Notes under the pieces: model-generated
Seen by the model: the letters and a program-made list of their open reading frames with translations, nothing else
What the model was told of the DNA's origin: nothing
Database searches by the model: none
Shown here: positions 48,370 through 59,675 of the stretch, one piece after another
Numbering within the stretch: the stretch's first letter is position 1
Layout: every line of letters starts with the position of its first letter
Assembly: GCA_904420565.1 (NCBI GenBank)
Contig: CAJFVV010000046.1
Location: 948-64,947 of the forward strand
Length of the DNA: 64,000 bases
Direction: 5' to 3'
Source of the DNA: Candidatus Pseudoscillospira faecavium
Lineage (GTDB): Bacteria > Bacillota > Clostridia > Oscillospirales > Oscillospiraceae
Made by a program: the position numbers and the translations under genes

Positions 48370-48807
48370 TCATGGCTGAATGGCATCCAGCTCCGCTACC
48401 CGCCGGGCATGCCGCCCGCCTTCAAAAGCGGTATCCAAAAATACATCCACGCAGCGCTCCGCCAAATTGGTTCCGATGATGCCGGCGCCAAGCGCCAGCA
48501 TATTGGCATCATTGTGCCGGCGGGTCATTTCCGCCGTCAGCGGGTCGCATACATGGGCACAGCGAATTCCCTTCACTTTATTGGCGGCAATGGAAATACC
48601 AATGCCCGTCGTGCAAATCACAATGCCCCGCTCACATGCGCCGCTGGCCACAGCCCGTGCCGCCGCCTCGCCAAAAATCGGATAATCGCAGCTTTCCTTG
48701 CTGTAGGTACCGCAGTCCTGCACTTCATATCCTTTTTCCTGCAGATAATGCACAAGATGTTCTTTCAGGTCATAACCGCCATGATCACAGCCGATGGCAA
48801 TTTTCAC
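48370..48807 (-). CDS. rpiB: Ribose-5-phosphate isomerase B
   Basis: IAIGCDHGG, CTTGIGISIAANK, RRHNDANML, FEGGRH. Confidence 0.95.
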   Translation of the reverse strand: MKIAIGCDHGGYDLKEHLVHYLQEKGYEVQDCGTYSKESCDYPIFGEAAARAVASGACERGIVICTTGIGISIAANKVKGIRCAHVCDPLTAEMTRRHNDANMLALGAGIIGTNLAERCVDVFLDTAFEGGRHARRVAELDAIQP

Positions 48808-48826
48808 AGGTATCTCCTCCCGTAGC

Positions 48827-49633
48827 TTAAAGTTTATGATAAACAGGCTGGAGCCGTTCGTAAGTGACAAAATAGGAAAAACCCAGCTCACGCAAAAGCT
48901 GCTGGCGCTCCCGAATCGCACAGCCTACAAAATTGGGCGTGTGGGCATCACTGCCCAGCGTAATCAGCTCACCGCCCATATCATGGTAAAGCTTGAGAAT
49001 CTCGCGGTCCGGCAGCGGTGTATTTCCCCGGTTGGTGTTCAATTCGATGCCGATTCCCCTGGGAATAATTGTTTGAAACAACTGACGCAGCTGCTCTTCA
49101 AACCCTGCAAACGTCATCTGCATTCCAAGATTTTCATTCAGATAACGCAGCGGCAGCGTTAAATGCCCGATGACACTGAAACGCCCCCATTGCGCCAGCA
49201 GCTGCATCTCTTCAAGATACTTCCCAATGGCCTGCCGGGCAAACCCTTCATCCGCTTCCGTCAAAGTACAGAAATCCTTCCGCCCATGCTCCCATGATAG
49301 ATTATGCAGCGAACCGATAATAAAGTCAAGAGGCGGCGCATCGTCCAAAAAGCGGTCAGCCCGGTCAAAATCCTCTGTCGCCTGGCCAAGTTCCACACCC
49401 AGCTGAATTTTGATGCGTGCCCCCAATGCCTGGCGCGCCGCTGCAAACTGGGCAGCCGTCTCCGACCAAGAATGTGCATACACCTGGTTTCCCTGCCAAT
49501 CAACGACATCCAGGTGATCTGTCAAACAGATTTCATCCAGTCCGGCAGCACTGCCGGCTTCGGCCATTTCCGTCATGGTATTGTGCCCGTCGTCACTGCA
49601 GGTGGAATGGGTGTGATAATCCGCAAGATACAT
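48827..49633 (-). CDS. PHP-family phosphatase (histidinol-phosphatase HisJ-like)
   Basis: DYHTHS, TDH, GVELG, IIGSLH, GHL, IELN, TLGSDAH. Confidence 0.87.
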   Translation of the reverse strand: MYLADYHTHSTCSDDGHNTMTEMAEAGSAAGLDEICLTDHLDVVDWQGNQVYAHSWSETAAQFAAARQALGARIKIQLGVELGQATEDFDRADRFLDDAPPLDFIIGSLHNLSWEHGRKDFCTLTEADEGFARQAIGKYLEEMQLLAQWGRFSVIGHLTLPLRYLNENLGMQMTFAGFEEQLRQLFQTIIPRGIGIELNTNRGNTPLPDREILKLYHDMGGELITLGSDAHTPNFVGCAIRERQQLLRELGFSYFVTYERLQPVYHKL

Positions 49634-49653
49634 GACTGGCGCTCCTTTATTTC

Positions 49654-50805
49654 TCAATCTTTTCTTTTAAATTTTTTGAAAAATCCCCGGCGCTCTTCGC
49701 CGTAATTGCTCTCGCCCAGGGTTTCGCCAAACTTTTTAAGCGCTTCTCGCTGCTCAGCATTCAAATTCCGCGGCGTTTCCACATAGACCGTGACAAACTG
49801 GTCGCCCCTGCCTTTGCCATTGAGATTGGGAATGCCTTTGCCCCGCAGGCGGAACACCGTTCCACTCTGGGTCCCCTCGGGAATAGTATACTTCACCTTG
49901 CCATCGATGGTCGGGATTTCCATTTCCGCGCCCAGTGCCGCCTGCACAAAAGTAATGGGCGCATCACATAAAACGGAGTTGCCTTCCCGGCGGAAAATCT
50001 CATGGGGACGTACAGTCACAGTGATATGCAGATCGCCGGCCGGACCGCCGTTGCGTCCCGCATTGCCCTGGCCGCGCAGAGAAATGGTCTGCCCGTTATC
50101 AATTCCCGCAGGAATACTGGCCTTGATCGTGCGCTGACGGCGTTCCGTACCGTTACCGTGACACTTGGGACAGGGCTGATGAATGATTTTGCCGCTGCCG
50201 CCGCACTTTGGACAGGTGGTCGTGGTGGCAAAAATACCCATGGGAGTCTGTCTCCGCTGCTGAACCGTGCCGCTGCCGTGGCAATCCGGGCAAACCTCTG
50301 CCGTAGTGCCCTTGGCGCAGCCGGTTCCGCCGCATTCACTGCAGTTTTCCGTTCGGTTGATCACCACATCTTTTTCACAGCCAAAGGCCGCTTCTTCAAA
50401 ACTCAGCGAAATGGATGTGCGAATCGTCTCCCCCCGCATGGGGCCATTGCGCCGTGCCTGGCCGCCGCCAAAGCCGCCGCCGAAAAAGCTGCCGAAAATA
50501 TCGCCCAGATCGCCAAAATCGAAATCACCTGTAAAACCGCCGTAGCCCGCGCCGCTGCTTGCCGCATAGTTCGGATCCACACCAGCAAATCCAAACTGGT
50601 CATATTTTGCCTTTTTATCCGGATTGCTCAACACCTCATAAGCCTCATTGGCTTCTTTAAAGCGCGCCTCGCACTCCTTGTCACCGGGGTGCAGATCGGG
50701 GTGATTTTCCTTCGCCAGCTTGCGGTAGGCGCGTTTGATTTCCGCCTCGCTGGCATTTTTGCTGACCCCCAGCACCTCATAATAATCTCGTTTTTGTTCT
50801 GCCAT
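49654..50805 (-). CDS. dnaJ: Chaperone DnaJ
   Basis: J domain with HPD, G/F region, four CxxCxGxG repeats. Confidence 0.98.
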   Translation of the reverse strand: MAEQKRDYYEVLGVSKNASEAEIKRAYRKLAKENHPDLHPGDKECEARFKEANEAYEVLSNPDKKAKYDQFGFAGVDPNYAASSGAGYGGFTGDFDFGDLGDIFGSFFGGGFGGGQARRNGPMRGETIRTSISLSFEEAAFGCEKDVVINRTENCSECGGTGCAKGTTAEVCPDCHGSGTVQQRRQTPMGIFATTTTCPKCGGSGKIIHQPCPKCHGNGTERRQRTIKASIPAGIDNGQTISLRGQGNAGRNGGPAGDLHITVTVRPHEIFRREGNSVLCDAPITFVQAALGAEMEIPTIDGKVKYTIPEGTQSGTVFRLRGKGIPNLNGKGRGDQFVTVYVETPRNLNAEQREALKKFGETLGESNYGEERRGFFKKFKRKD

Positions 50806-50880
50806 TTTGCTCACCCTCGCATACAAGCTCCAAATGGGGCGGAGAAAATCCCCGTCCCATTGGTAGCCCACGATTCTTCT

Positions 50881-52758
50881 TTACTGGTTGTTCTTATTCT
50901 CGTCGTCATCAACAACCTTATAATCCGCGTCGTAATACTGACCGCCGGCTGCGCCGCCCTGGGCATTTGCATCGCCTGCTGCAGCACCGGGACCTGCCTG
51001 CGCTGCACCGTTGGGGTTGGCATTCTTATACATCTGCTCGGACACCGCAAAGAACGCCTGCTGCAGCGCTTCCGTATCAGCCTTAATTGCAGCAATATCA
51101 TCGCCCTTGGCCGTTTCCTTCAGCTTATTCAGCGCTGTTTCGATCTTGTTCTTATCCTCTGCGCTGATCTTATCAGCCATGTCGGCCAGGGTCTTTTCGC
51201 TCTGGTAAATGGCCTGGTCCGCTGCATTGTGCGCCTCAACGCCCTCTTTAATCTTGGCATCCTGCGCAGCATACTGTTCAGCATCCTTCACAGCCTTTTC
51301 AATGTCCTCCTTGGACATATTGGTGGAAGAAGTGATGGTGATATGCTGTTCCTTGCCGGTGCCCAAATCCTTTGCGCTGACATTTACGATGCCGTTGGCG
51401 TCGATATCAAAGGTGACCTCAATCTGCGGCACGCCGCGGCGGGCCGGAGCAATGCCATCCAAGTGGAATTTGCCCAGGGATTTATTGTACTGCGCCATTT
51501 CACGCTCGCCCTGCAGGACATTGACTTCCACACTGGTCTGGTTATCCGCAGCAGTGGAGAAAATCTGGCTCTTCTTTACAGGGATCGTGGTGTTGCGCTC
51601 AATCAGGCGGGTACACACGCCGCCCATGGTCTCAATGCCCAGGGACAGAGGTGTAACATCCAGCAGCAGCAAATCCTTCTTGGCAGAAGGATCGTCACCC
51701 AGAATACCGCCCTGAATCGCCGCGCCGATAGCCACGCACTCATCGGGGTTAATCCCCTTGAAGCCTTCCTTGCCGGTGATGTTCTTCACAGCTTCCTGCA
51801 CAGCGGGGATACGGCTGGAGCCGCCTACCAGCAGCACCTTGGCAATGTCGCTGGCGTTCAGGCCGGCATCATTCAAAGCATTGCGCACAGGTACCATCGT
51901 GGCTTCCACCAGGTCGTGGGTCAGTTCATTGAACTTTGCCCGGCTCAGCGTCACATCCAAATGCTTGGGGCCGGTAGCATCCGCAGTGATATAGGGCAGG
52001 TTGATGTTGGTGGTGGTCATGCCGGAAAGCTCAATTTTGGCTTTCTCAGCTGCCTCCTTCAGACGCTGCATGGCAACCTTGTCACTGCTCAAATCGATGC
52101 CGTTCTCTTTCTGGAACTCGCTGACCAGATATTTCATGATGGCTTCGTCGAAATCGTCGCCGCCCAGGTGGGTATTGCCGTTGGTGGACAGCACTTCCAC
52201 CACGCCGTCGCCGATATCCAGGATGGACACATCGAAGGTGCCGCCGCCCAGGTCGTAAACCATGATCTTCTGGCTGGCCTCTTTTTCTGCACCATAAGCC
52301 AACGCAGCCGCGGTGGGCTCGTTGATAATACGCTTGACCTCCAGGCCGGCGATCTTGCCGGCATCCTTGGTAGCCTGGCGCTGAGAATCGTTAAAATAGG
52401 CAGGAACCGTAATGACTGCTTCCGTAACGGTCTGTCCCAGATAAGCCTCAGCGTCTTTCTTCAGCTTGGTCAGAATCATGGCGCTGATCTCCTGGGGCGT
52501 ATAAGCCTTGCCGTCCACATTCACCTTGTAATCGGTGCCCATGTGACGCTTGATGGAAGAGATGGTGCGGTCAGGGTTGGTGATAGCCTGACGCTTTGCC
52601 ACCTGGCCCACCATGCGCTCACCAGTCTTGGAAAATGCTACCACGGAAGGCGTGGTGCGGTTACCCTCTGCATTGGGAATGACGACTGCTTCGCCGCCTT
52701 CCATAACGGATACACAAGAGTTTGTCGTACCCAAATCGATACCAATAATTTTACCCAT
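50881..52758 (-). CDS. dnaK: Chaperone DnaK
   Basis: [35 protein letters not shown]. Confidence 0.99.
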   Translation of the reverse strand: MGKIIGIDLGTTNSCVSVMEGGEAVVIPNAEGNRTTPSVVAFSKTGERMVGQVAKRQAITNPDRTISSIKRHMGTDYKVNVDGKAYTPQEISAMILTKLKKDAEAYLGQTVTEAVITVPAYFNDSQRQATKDAGKIAGLEVKRIINEPTAAALAYGAEKEASQKIMVYDLGGGTFDVSILDIGDGVVEVLSTNGNTHLGGDDFDEAIMKYLVSEFQKENGIDLSSDKVAMQRLKEAAEKAKIELSGMTTTNINLPYITADATGPKHLDVTLSRAKFNELTHDLVEATMVPVRNALNDAGLNASDIAKVLLVGGSSRIPAVQEAVKNITGKEGFKGINPDECVAIGAAIQGGILGDDPSAKKDLLLLDVTPLSLGIETMGGVCTRLIERNTTIPVKKSQIFSTAADNQTSVEVNVLQGEREMAQYNKSLGKFHLDGIAPARRGVPQIEVTFDIDANGIVNVSAKDLGTGKEQHITITSSTNMSKEDIEKAVKDAEQYAAQDAKIKEGVEAHNAADQAIYQSEKTLADMADKISAEDKNKIETALNKLKETAKGDDIAAIKADTEALQQAFFAVSEQMYKNANPNGAAQAGPGAAAGDANAQGGAAGGQYYDADYKVVDDDENKNNQ

Positions 52759-52813
52759 AATCGTTGCCTCCTAAATATTTGAAACTATTTTTTTATAATC
52801 AACATTCGCGCAT

Positions 52814-53395
52814 TCAGTTTGCCACTTTCACCACGGCAAACCGCAGCACTTTGCCATGCAGGATGAACCCCTGCTGAAAAACCTCTGCCACTGTATTTTC
52901 GCCCAACGTCTCATCCTCGATGTGCATCACAGCGGAATGCTTTTCCGGATCAAACGTCTGACCCACAGCATCAATTTTCTCTACGCCCATTTTCTGCAGA
53001 ATTTCCTCAAACTGATGGAAAATCATCTCCATTCCTTTTTTGTGGGGCGAATCTTCATCGCCTCCCTGGGCTACAGCACGCTCCAAATTATCATAAACCG
53101 CCAAAAATTCTTTCACAGTTGCAATCTTGGCATCAGAATAAATCTGTTCTTTTTCTTTGGCAGTGCGCTTGCGGTAATTGTCATACTCCGCAGCAAGCCG
53201 CAGGCGCTGGTCTTTCAGGGATTCATAATCCTTTGCCAGCTGCTCCATGCGCTCGGCTTCCTCCACTGTGAACGTTACAGTCTTTTTGTTTTTTTTGCCC
53301 TTCTTATCTTCTTTTTTATGCGTTTCCGGCTGCGCTTCCGCATCCTGAACGGTTTCATCCAGGCCGTCCTGTTCCTGTTTGATCTCTTCGCTCAT
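52814..53395 (-). CDS. grpE: Nucleotide exchange factor GrpE
   Basis: AEYDNYRKR, DNLERA, FDPEKHSAV, LRFAVVKV. Confidence 0.97.
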   Translation of the reverse strand: MSEEIKQEQDGLDETVQDAEAQPETHKKEDKKGKKNKKTVTFTVEEAERMEQLAKDYESLKDQRLRLAAEYDNYRKRTAKEKEQIYSDAKIATVKEFLAVYDNLERAVAQGGDEDSPHKKGMEMIFHQFEEILQKMGVEKIDAVGQTFDPEKHSAVMHIEDETLGENTVAEVFQQGFILHGKVLRFAVVKVAN

Positions 53396-54450
53396 TTTTC
53401 CACATCCTCTTCATGTTTCGGCAGCTTGCCTTGCTCAAACATCCGCCCCAGCCCTTCTGCAAAATAGGCAAGCCGGGCGGCTACAGTTGCATAATCCATT
53501 CTTGTGGGACCTACCACGCCAATCAGTCCGCGCATGTCGTCGCCAATATCATAGCTGGCTACCACCACACTGGAATCCTGCAGCGCTGACGCCAGATTTT
53601 CAGGCCCGATCAATATCTTCATCGGTGCGTTGTCCTCCGGTACCGGCAGCGGGGCATCTTCTTCACTGAGAAACTTCATCAGCTGATTGGCCTTGCCCAC
53701 ATCCTGATATTCCGGAAGATCCAAAATTCGATTGGCTCCGGCCGTATAAAGCATGCGGTGCTGTAAATTCTCCAAAACCTCGCAGGCATATTCCACTGTC
53801 TGCGACAGCACCATGAACAGCAACCCCGGCACCTGATCGGCAATGGCCATCAGCTGCTGATTCATTTCTTCTGCCGAACGAGATACAAAGTCCTTATTCA
53901 GCAGCGCAGAGAGCACGGGAAGCTGGCTGATCTCCACTGGCACCCGGGCATGCAGCAGCTCGCTTTTGACCCGGTTGTCATCAGTCATCACTACAGCAAT
54001 AAAACTCTGCTCATCTACACCCAGCAGATCAAAGCGGGAAACCGTAAATTGTTTTCTGCCTGCCGCCAAGGTATATACCGGATAATTTGTAAAATGAGAT
54101 ACCACCTGCCCCGCCTGGGACAGCATCCGATCCAGCTCCCGCAGCTTGATATGCAGCGCCTGATTGATGCTCTCCGTTTCCTGCAGGGAAAGGCGGTGCT
54201 GCTCCATCAGCTCATTGACATAGATACGGTAACATTTGGGCGATGGAATACGCCCGGCGGAAGTATGCGGCTTTTCCAGATAGCCCATTTCCTCCAATTC
54301 CGCCATTTCATTGCGGATTGTTGCCGAAGAAACTTTGCTGTCCATCGCAGCGGCAATGGCTTTGGAGCCCACCGGCTCCGCCGTTTTGACATACAGCTCC
54401 ACGATCGCCTTGAGAATCTTCTTTTTGCGTTCGCTCAGTTCCTTTTCCAT
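53392..54450 (-). CDS. hrcA: Heat-inducible repressor HrcA
   Basis: AEPVGSK, SSATIRNEM, PHTSAGRIPS, GVVGPTRMDY. Confidence 0.97.
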   Translation of the reverse strand: MEKELSERKKKILKAIVELYVKTAEPVGSKAIAAAMDSKVSSATIRNEMAELEEMGYLEKPHTSAGRIPSPKCYRIYVNELMEQHRLSLQETESINQALHIKLRELDRMLSQAGQVVSHFTNYPVYTLAAGRKQFTVSRFDLLGVDEQSFIAVVMTDDNRVKSELLHARVPVEISQLPVLSALLNKDFVSRSAEEMNQQLMAIADQVPGLLFMVLSQTVEYACEVLENLQHRMLYTAGANRILDLPEYQDVGKANQLMKFLSEEDAPLPVPEDNAPMKILIGPENLASALQDSSVVVASYDIGDDMRGLIGVVGPTRMDYATVAARLAYFAEGLGRMFEQGKLPKHEEDVEK

Positions 54451-54467
54451 ATGCTCACGCCCTTCGT

Positions 54468-54494
54468 TTAGCACTCTTTCTTTCTGAGTGCTAA
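54468..54494. promoter_or_regulatory. CIRCE element
   Basis: Perfect TTAGCACTC-N9-GAGTGCTAA upstream of hrcA; TTGACT-17-TATACT promoter on the minus strand at 54498-54526. Confidence 0.97.
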
Positions 54495-54668
54495 TTTAGT
54501 ATACTTCGATTGTCAGAGAAAGTCAATAGAGGTAATTTGAACAAATTGTAAACTCTTTTTCGCCCGCTTTTTGACACTGCCCGCAAGCGGCTCTGATTCT
54601 CTTACAAAAGAAAAACAGGTTTCATCCATGAAACCTGTTTTTCTTCTGCAGTCTGGCCGGCAAAATGC

Positions 54669-55292
54669 TCAGCGCTTGACAAATTTGCTCTTGGGGGCAC
54701 GGCAGATCGGGCACTGATAATCTTCCGGAATTTCATCGCCGTCATAAATATAGCCGCATACCGTGCATTTCCAGCCATAATTTGCATCCAGCGTGCGGTA
54801 TACCGTGGCCGTAACCGGCGTTGCTGCACCAGCGCCGGTAAATTCATCCAGTGTTAAAGCGCGTCCTTCCGCCAAAGTTTCAGCGTCTACAGCTTCTGCC
54901 ACATAAAGCACATAATTTCCAATCTCCAGCCGATCAATCACTTTGCAGCTGATGCGCGCAACCATATGCTCGCTCAGATAGGGATTGCCGTTCACATCCT
55001 CTTTCGCGTCATAAGCTGCGAATTTATCGCCAACGCGGCCGGATTTGTAGCCAAAGGCATTGACCAACTCCTTGGGGCAGTCCTTCCCCAGCAGCGTCAC
55101 CGCAAAACTGCCCGCCGCCTCAATAGCTGCACAGGTAGCGTGCTCCCGGTTGACAGAAACGGTGAACTTCGCCGGATAGGAAGACGTCACCTGCGCAAAG
55201 GAGTTGACGATGCAGCCGTGACGCTTTCCTTCTGCCGCCGCGCCAACAACGGCCATGGTGTAATTCAGCAAATCAAACGCTTTGGTATTCAT
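54669..55292 (-). CDS. Flavin reductase-like / rubredoxin fusion (high-molecular-weight rubredoxin-like)
   Basis: GCIVN..QVTS, FGYKSGR..DKF; C-terminal CTVCGYIY...CPIC. Confidence 0.88.
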   Translation of the reverse strand: MNTKAFDLLNYTMAVVGAAAEGKRHGCIVNSFAQVTSSYPAKFTVSVNREHATCAAIEAAGSFAVTLLGKDCPKELVNAFGYKSGRVGDKFAAYDAKEDVNGNPYLSEHMVARISCKVIDRLEIGNYVLYVAEAVDAETLAEGRALTLDEFTGAGAATPVTATVYRTLDANYGWKCTVCGYIYDGDEIPEDYQCPICRAPKSKFVKR

Positions 55293-55392
55293 ATTTTACC
55301 CTTCCTTTCAACAGTGCAAACGAATACTTCTGAGTGTAGTATACCATACCACCTCCTTTTTACTATGCTGCAAATGACACAGTTTTCATTTT

Positions 55393-56727
55393 TCAGGATG
55401 CAAGATATCCATAGCGCGCCCCGTAGTGCTTCAAAAACGCCACAGAAAACAACACCGTCGCCAACTCCGCAAAGGGTCCCGCCATCCATACGCCCGTCGC
55501 ACCAAACAGCGCCGAAAGCACTAAAACACCTGTCAGCAGGAATACCAGCGTGCGCAGTGTGGACACTGCAGCTGAAATTCTGCCATTAGAAAGCGCCGTA
55601 AACAGTGCAGAGGTAAAAACATTGGTTCCATAACATAAATAGGCAATACTGTAGATGCGGATCCCCGCCGTCGCAATCGTATAAACTTCGCTGCCAGGAT
55701 CGGCAAAGGCAATCACCATCCAGGGAGTGAACAATTCCATAATAATGAACACACCCACCGATGCCGCCAAAACGCAGCGGATACTGATGCGGAAGAGGCG
55801 TGCCAGACGCACCCGGTTTCCGCTGCCGTAATTGTAACTGAAAATTGGCGCCACACCGACAGAAAAACCGGTAAAAAATGCCTGGAACAGATACTGTGTA
55901 TAAACCAGCAGCGTGATTGCCGCCACACCGTCCTCCCCAATCATACGCATCATGATTACATTAAAGACTGCTGTAGTGATGGAAGTAGATAAATTAGCCA
56001 CCATTTCCGACACACCGTTGGTACAGCTGCGAAACAAAACACCGGCATGCCGCCGCGGCCGGGTGAAATGCAGCACCTTATTGCGCCGGAAAAAATAAAT
56101 TAGTCCCGCAACTGCCGGGATTGAATAGCCGATACAGGTTGCAAAGGACGCACCCACCACGCCCATGGAAAACCAACCCACCAACAGCAAATCCAGCACA
56201 ATATTGGTGCAGCCCGCAATCAGCGACAGCGCCAGGCCAACCCTGGGTTTTCCTGCCGTCACAAAAAAAGTCTGGAAAAACATTTGCATAAAAATAGCAG
56301 GCGTAAAACAAAGCTGAATGCTGAGATAATCTCTGCTCATCGGATATAAAACATCGCTGGCTCCCAGCATATAGAGCAGGGGCTTAATCCAAATGAGACA
56401 GACTATGCTGAACACAAGCCCTGTAAGCACCGCTGCAATAGTCAAAAAGGTAAAATCTTCCCGCGCTTCCTGATCCTTTCCTTCTCCCATCTTCTTTGCA
56501 ACTACAGCACTGCCGCCTGTGGCCAGCATAATGGAAATGGCCAAAGCCGTAAAAAAAGTAGGGTATGTGATATTCATGGCAGATAAGGCATCCGTGCCGG
56601 TAAAACGCGCCACACAAACGCCATCGACAATGTAGTACAGCCCCACAAACAGATTCATCAGCACGGTTGGCATGGCAAAGCGAAGCAGCGACCGCAGTTG
56701 AAATTCCCATGCCAGTGCATTTTCCAT
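55393..56727 (-). CDS. MATE family efflux transporter
   Basis: LLRFAMPT, YYIVDG, NIVLD, FSYNYGSGN; about 12 TM segments. Confidence 0.92.
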   Translation of the reverse strand: MENALAWEFQLRSLLRFAMPTVLMNLFVGLYYIVDGVCVARFTGTDALSAMNITYPTFFTALAISIMLATGGSAVVAKKMGEGKDQEAREDFTFLTIAAVLTGLVFSIVCLIWIKPLLYMLGASDVLYPMSRDYLSIQLCFTPAIFMQMFFQTFFVTAGKPRVGLALSLIAGCTNIVLDLLLVGWFSMGVVGASFATCIGYSIPAVAGLIYFFRRNKVLHFTRPRRHAGVLFRSCTNGVSEMVANLSTSITTAVFNVIMMRMIGEDGVAAITLLVYTQYLFQAFFTGFSVGVAPIFSYNYGSGNRVRLARLFRISIRCVLAASVGVFIIMELFTPWMVIAFADPGSEVYTIATAGIRIYSIAYLCYGTNVFTSALFTALSNGRISAAVSTLRTLVFLLTGVLVLSALFGATGVWMAGPFAELATVLFSVAFLKHYGARYGYLAS

Positions 56728-56818
56728 GACCTCACCCCACAATTTTCCCTTTTTCTGTTATGATAACAAAATACCCGCCCCGGCGCAAGCCGGAGCGGGT
56801 AGAAATATAACGGAAACC

Positions 56819-57757
56819 TCAGTCGTTGTCTTTCGTTTCAGCAGACGCAGCCGCTTCCTTGGTTTTGGCCTCGGCGGCAGCCTTGGCAGCTGCTGCTTTC
56901 TTTTCTGCCTGCGCCTTCTTCATCGCTTTGAATTTTTCCTTTTCTTCCTTCGTAGCAATGGGAGAAATCGCATCTTTCGGACAGGCCTTGGTGCACAGCT
57001 TACAATTCTTGCATTTCGCATAATCGATCACTGCCACATTGTCCACCACATGGATGGCATCGAACTTGCATTCCTTTACGCACAGACCGCAGCCAATACA
57101 GGCATTGGCACAAACTTTGGCTGCCGCAGCACCCTTCTGCTTGTTGGCGCATTCCACAAAGACTTTTTTGGAAACAGGCACGGACACAATCAGATGCCGC
57201 GGGCACGCCGCTGCGCACTGCATACAATCAGTGCACTTATCCGCATCAATCACCGGCACGCCGTTGGGGCCCATGCTAATTGCCTCAAAGGTACAAGCCT
57301 GCACACAGGAGCCAAAGCCCAGGCACCCATATGCGCACTCCAGCGGGCCGTTGCCAGCCACCTTTGTGGCAGCCAGGCAATCCTTGACGCCGATATACTC
57401 ATACTTTTTCTTGGCTGCCGTTCCGCCGTTGCAGATCACATGTGCGATATGTTTTTCTTCAGCGGAAGCTTCCACACCCATGATAGCCGCAATTTTTTCG
57501 GCAGCAGCCGCACCGCCCACGGGGCAGCAGTTGACCGCCGCTTTGCCGGCAATAATCGCATTGGCCGCACTGGAGCATCCTGCATAGCCGCAGCCGCCGC
57601 AGTTGGCGCCGGGCAGGCAGTCCATAATCAGGGGAAAGCGCGGATCGGTTTTCACTTCAAAAATTTTAGATGCAACCGCCAGGATCAGGCCGAACACCAA
57701 GCCCAAAATACCCAGCACCAAAATTGCATACACAATATTCATAACATCCAATTCCAT
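56819..57757 (-). CDS. rnfB: Rnf complex subunit B
   Basis: LPGANCGGCGYAGC and multiple 4Fe-4S CxxCxxCxxxC motifs. Confidence 0.95.
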   Translation of the reverse strand: MELDVMNIVYAILVLGILGLVFGLILAVASKIFEVKTDPRFPLIMDCLPGANCGGCGYAGCSSAANAIIAGKAAVNCCPVGGAAAAEKIAAIMGVEASAEEKHIAHVICNGGTAAKKKYEYIGVKDCLAATKVAGNGPLECAYGCLGFGSCVQACTFEAISMGPNGVPVIDADKCTDCMQCAAACPRHLIVSVPVSKKVFVECANKQKGAAAAKVCANACIGCGLCVKECKFDAIHVVDNVAVIDYAKCKNCKLCTKACPKDAISPIATKEEKEKFKAMKKAQAEKKAAAAKAAAEAKTKEAAASAETKDND

Positions 57758-57774
57758 ACTTTTCGCCCCCCCCT

Positions 57775-58359
57775 TTACCAAACTTTCAAACCGGAGAAGC
57801 CCATAAATGCCAGAGCCATCAGGCCGGCCGTGACCAGCGCCAGAGGGAAGCCTTCAAAGCACTTGGGCGAATCTGCAAACTCCAGCCGCTCGCGGATAGA
57901 CGCAAACAAAACAATCGCCAGCAGGAAACCCAGACCGCCGGTGATACCATAGGTGACGGACTCGATGAAATTATAGCCGCTGGTGATATTGGCCTGCGCC
58001 ACACCCAGCACAGCGCAGTTGGTGGTGATCAGGGGCAGATACACACCCAGCGCCGTATACAGGGCCGGCACGGATTTCTGCAGGAACATCTCAATAAACT
58101 GCACCAACGATGCGATGACCAAGATGAAGGCCACCGTCTGCATATACTCCAGGCCCATGGGCTGCAGGAGTACCGTATCAATTAACCAGGTTACTGCCGA
58201 GGCAAGGCCCATAACAAACGTAACCGCCGCGCCCATGCCAACAGCCGTATCCAGCTTCTTGGAAACACCCATGAAGGGGCAGATGCCCAAAAACTGCACC
58301 AAGATGAAGTTGTTGGTCAGGATTGCGCCCAAAGAAATCGCAAGAATTGAGGTAATCAT
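57775..58359 (-). CDS. rnfA: Rnf complex subunit A
   Basis: [23 protein letters not shown]. Confidence 0.96.
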   Translation of the reverse strand: MITSILAISLGAILTNNFILVQFLGICPFMGVSKKLDTAVGMGAAVTFVMGLASAVTWLIDTVLLQPMGLEYMQTVAFILVIASLVQFIEMFLQKSVPALYTALGVYLPLITTNCAVLGVAQANITSGYNFIESVTYGITGGLGFLLAIVLFASIRERLEFADSPKCFEGFPLALVTAGLMALAFMGFSGLKVW

Positions 58360-59033
58360 TACTTCGTCTCCTCCTTCTTGGCGGATTTATCTGCCGCCTT
58401 TTTCATGGCCCAATTCATGACCGCAATCATAATACCCAAGGTAATGAAACCGCCGCAAGGCATGGTAACCAACGATGCCGCAACACCCTCAGGCAGGATC
58501 CGGATACCATCGGCACCGCCCAGAACAATACGGAAACCGTTGCTGACATCAATCAATCCGCCGCCAAAAGTACCATAGCCCAGGAATTCACGCACAATGC
58601 ACAGGATCACCAGGGTGATGGTGTAACCAATGCCCTGGCACAGGCCGTCAATAAAGGACGGGCCAATGCCCTGCTTATATGCCACAGATTCCGCGCGGGC
58701 CAAAATAATGCAGTTGACCACGATCAGGGGAATGAATACGCCCAGGGAGTTGGACAGTGCAGGCACATAGGCCTTCAGGAGCAAATCAATGACCGTAACA
58801 AAACCGGCAATAATTACAATAAAGGCCGCAATGCGGATCTTGTCCGGGATCACTTTTCTCAGGGCAGAAATCACCACGTTTGCGCCGATCAGGACCAGCG
58901 TAACGCACACACCCATACCGATACCGTTGAACAGGGAGGTCGAAATTGCCAAAACCGAGCACAAGCCAAGGAGCTGTACCAGAACAGGGTTGTTGGTCAG
59001 TAAACCTTCCTTAAACTGTTTACCAAAATTCAT
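58359..59033 (-). CDS. rnfE: Rnf complex subunit E
   Basis: [28 protein letters not shown]. Confidence 0.96.
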   Translation of the reverse strand: MNFGKQFKEGLLTNNPVLVQLLGLCSVLAISTSLFNGIGMGVCVTLVLIGANVVISALRKVIPDKIRIAAFIVIIAGFVTVIDLLLKAYVPALSNSLGVFIPLIVVNCIILARAESVAYKQGIGPSFIDGLCQGIGYTITLVILCIVREFLGYGTFGGGLIDVSNGFRIVLGGADGIRILPEGVAASLVTMPCGGFITLGIMIAVMNWAMKKAADKSAKKEETK

Positions 59034-59051
59034 AATCCAACGACCTCCTTT

Positions 59052-59675
59052 TTAACCCAAGGTTCCATAGATCACAGACGCAGCATTCACGCCGGTGGTA
59101 ATGGCCCGGGTTGTCACAGTGGCGCCGGAAATGGCATCCACCTGATTGCTGCCGCTGTTGACAGTGAAGGGGTTATCCGCCGTTGCAGTCAGGCCGATAA
59201 ACTGGGACAGCACGCCCACGCCATTGCGGTTGGGCTTGTCGGAGCAGACATTCGTACCAATACCTGCCGTCTCCGTATTGCTGATAACGCTGATACCCGC
59301 CACGCTGCCATCGGCATTGATGCCAACGATCATATCAATGGTGCCGCTGAAGCCAGAGGGGCCCACTTCGATCGCATAGCCGGAGCCATCTGCCACTTCA
59401 TAAATATACATCAGTTCAACGCCATATTCCGTGGCTACAGCCAGCTGTTCATCACCGATCTCGACTTCATTGAATGTTGCATCCGGGAACACCGCCTGCA
59501 GGGATTCCTGCTTAGCCTGCTCCTGCAATGCCGCGATCTTATCTGCCGTAATGCCGTTCACAAAGCCCAAGGCCAAAGCAACTACCAGGCAGATGACCAG
59601 CAGCGTGATACTCAGTTTGAGAATGTATTTGGGGTCCATCTGGACTTTTTCCTTTTTCACAGCTTCTCCGCTCAT
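59052..59675 (-). CDS. rnfG: Rnf complex subunit G
   Basis: N-terminal TM, ETAGIG, FMN motif DAISGATVT. Confidence 0.94.
   Translation of the reverse strand: MSGEAVKKEKVQMDPKYILKLSITLLVICLVVALALGFVNGITADKIAALQEQAKQESLQAVFPDATFNEVEIGDEQLAVATEYGVELMYIYEVADGSGYAIEVGPSGFSGTIDMIVGINADGSVAGISVISNTETAGIGTNVCSDKPNRNGVGVLSQFIGLTATADNPFTVNSGSNQVDAISGATVTTRAITTGVNAASVIYGTLG

Noticed and set aside
50002-52782. 926-aa ORF on the + strand antisense to dnaK/dnaJ
   Set aside because: Well-known antisense shadow frame of dnaK caused by codon bias; no RBS or independent motifs.
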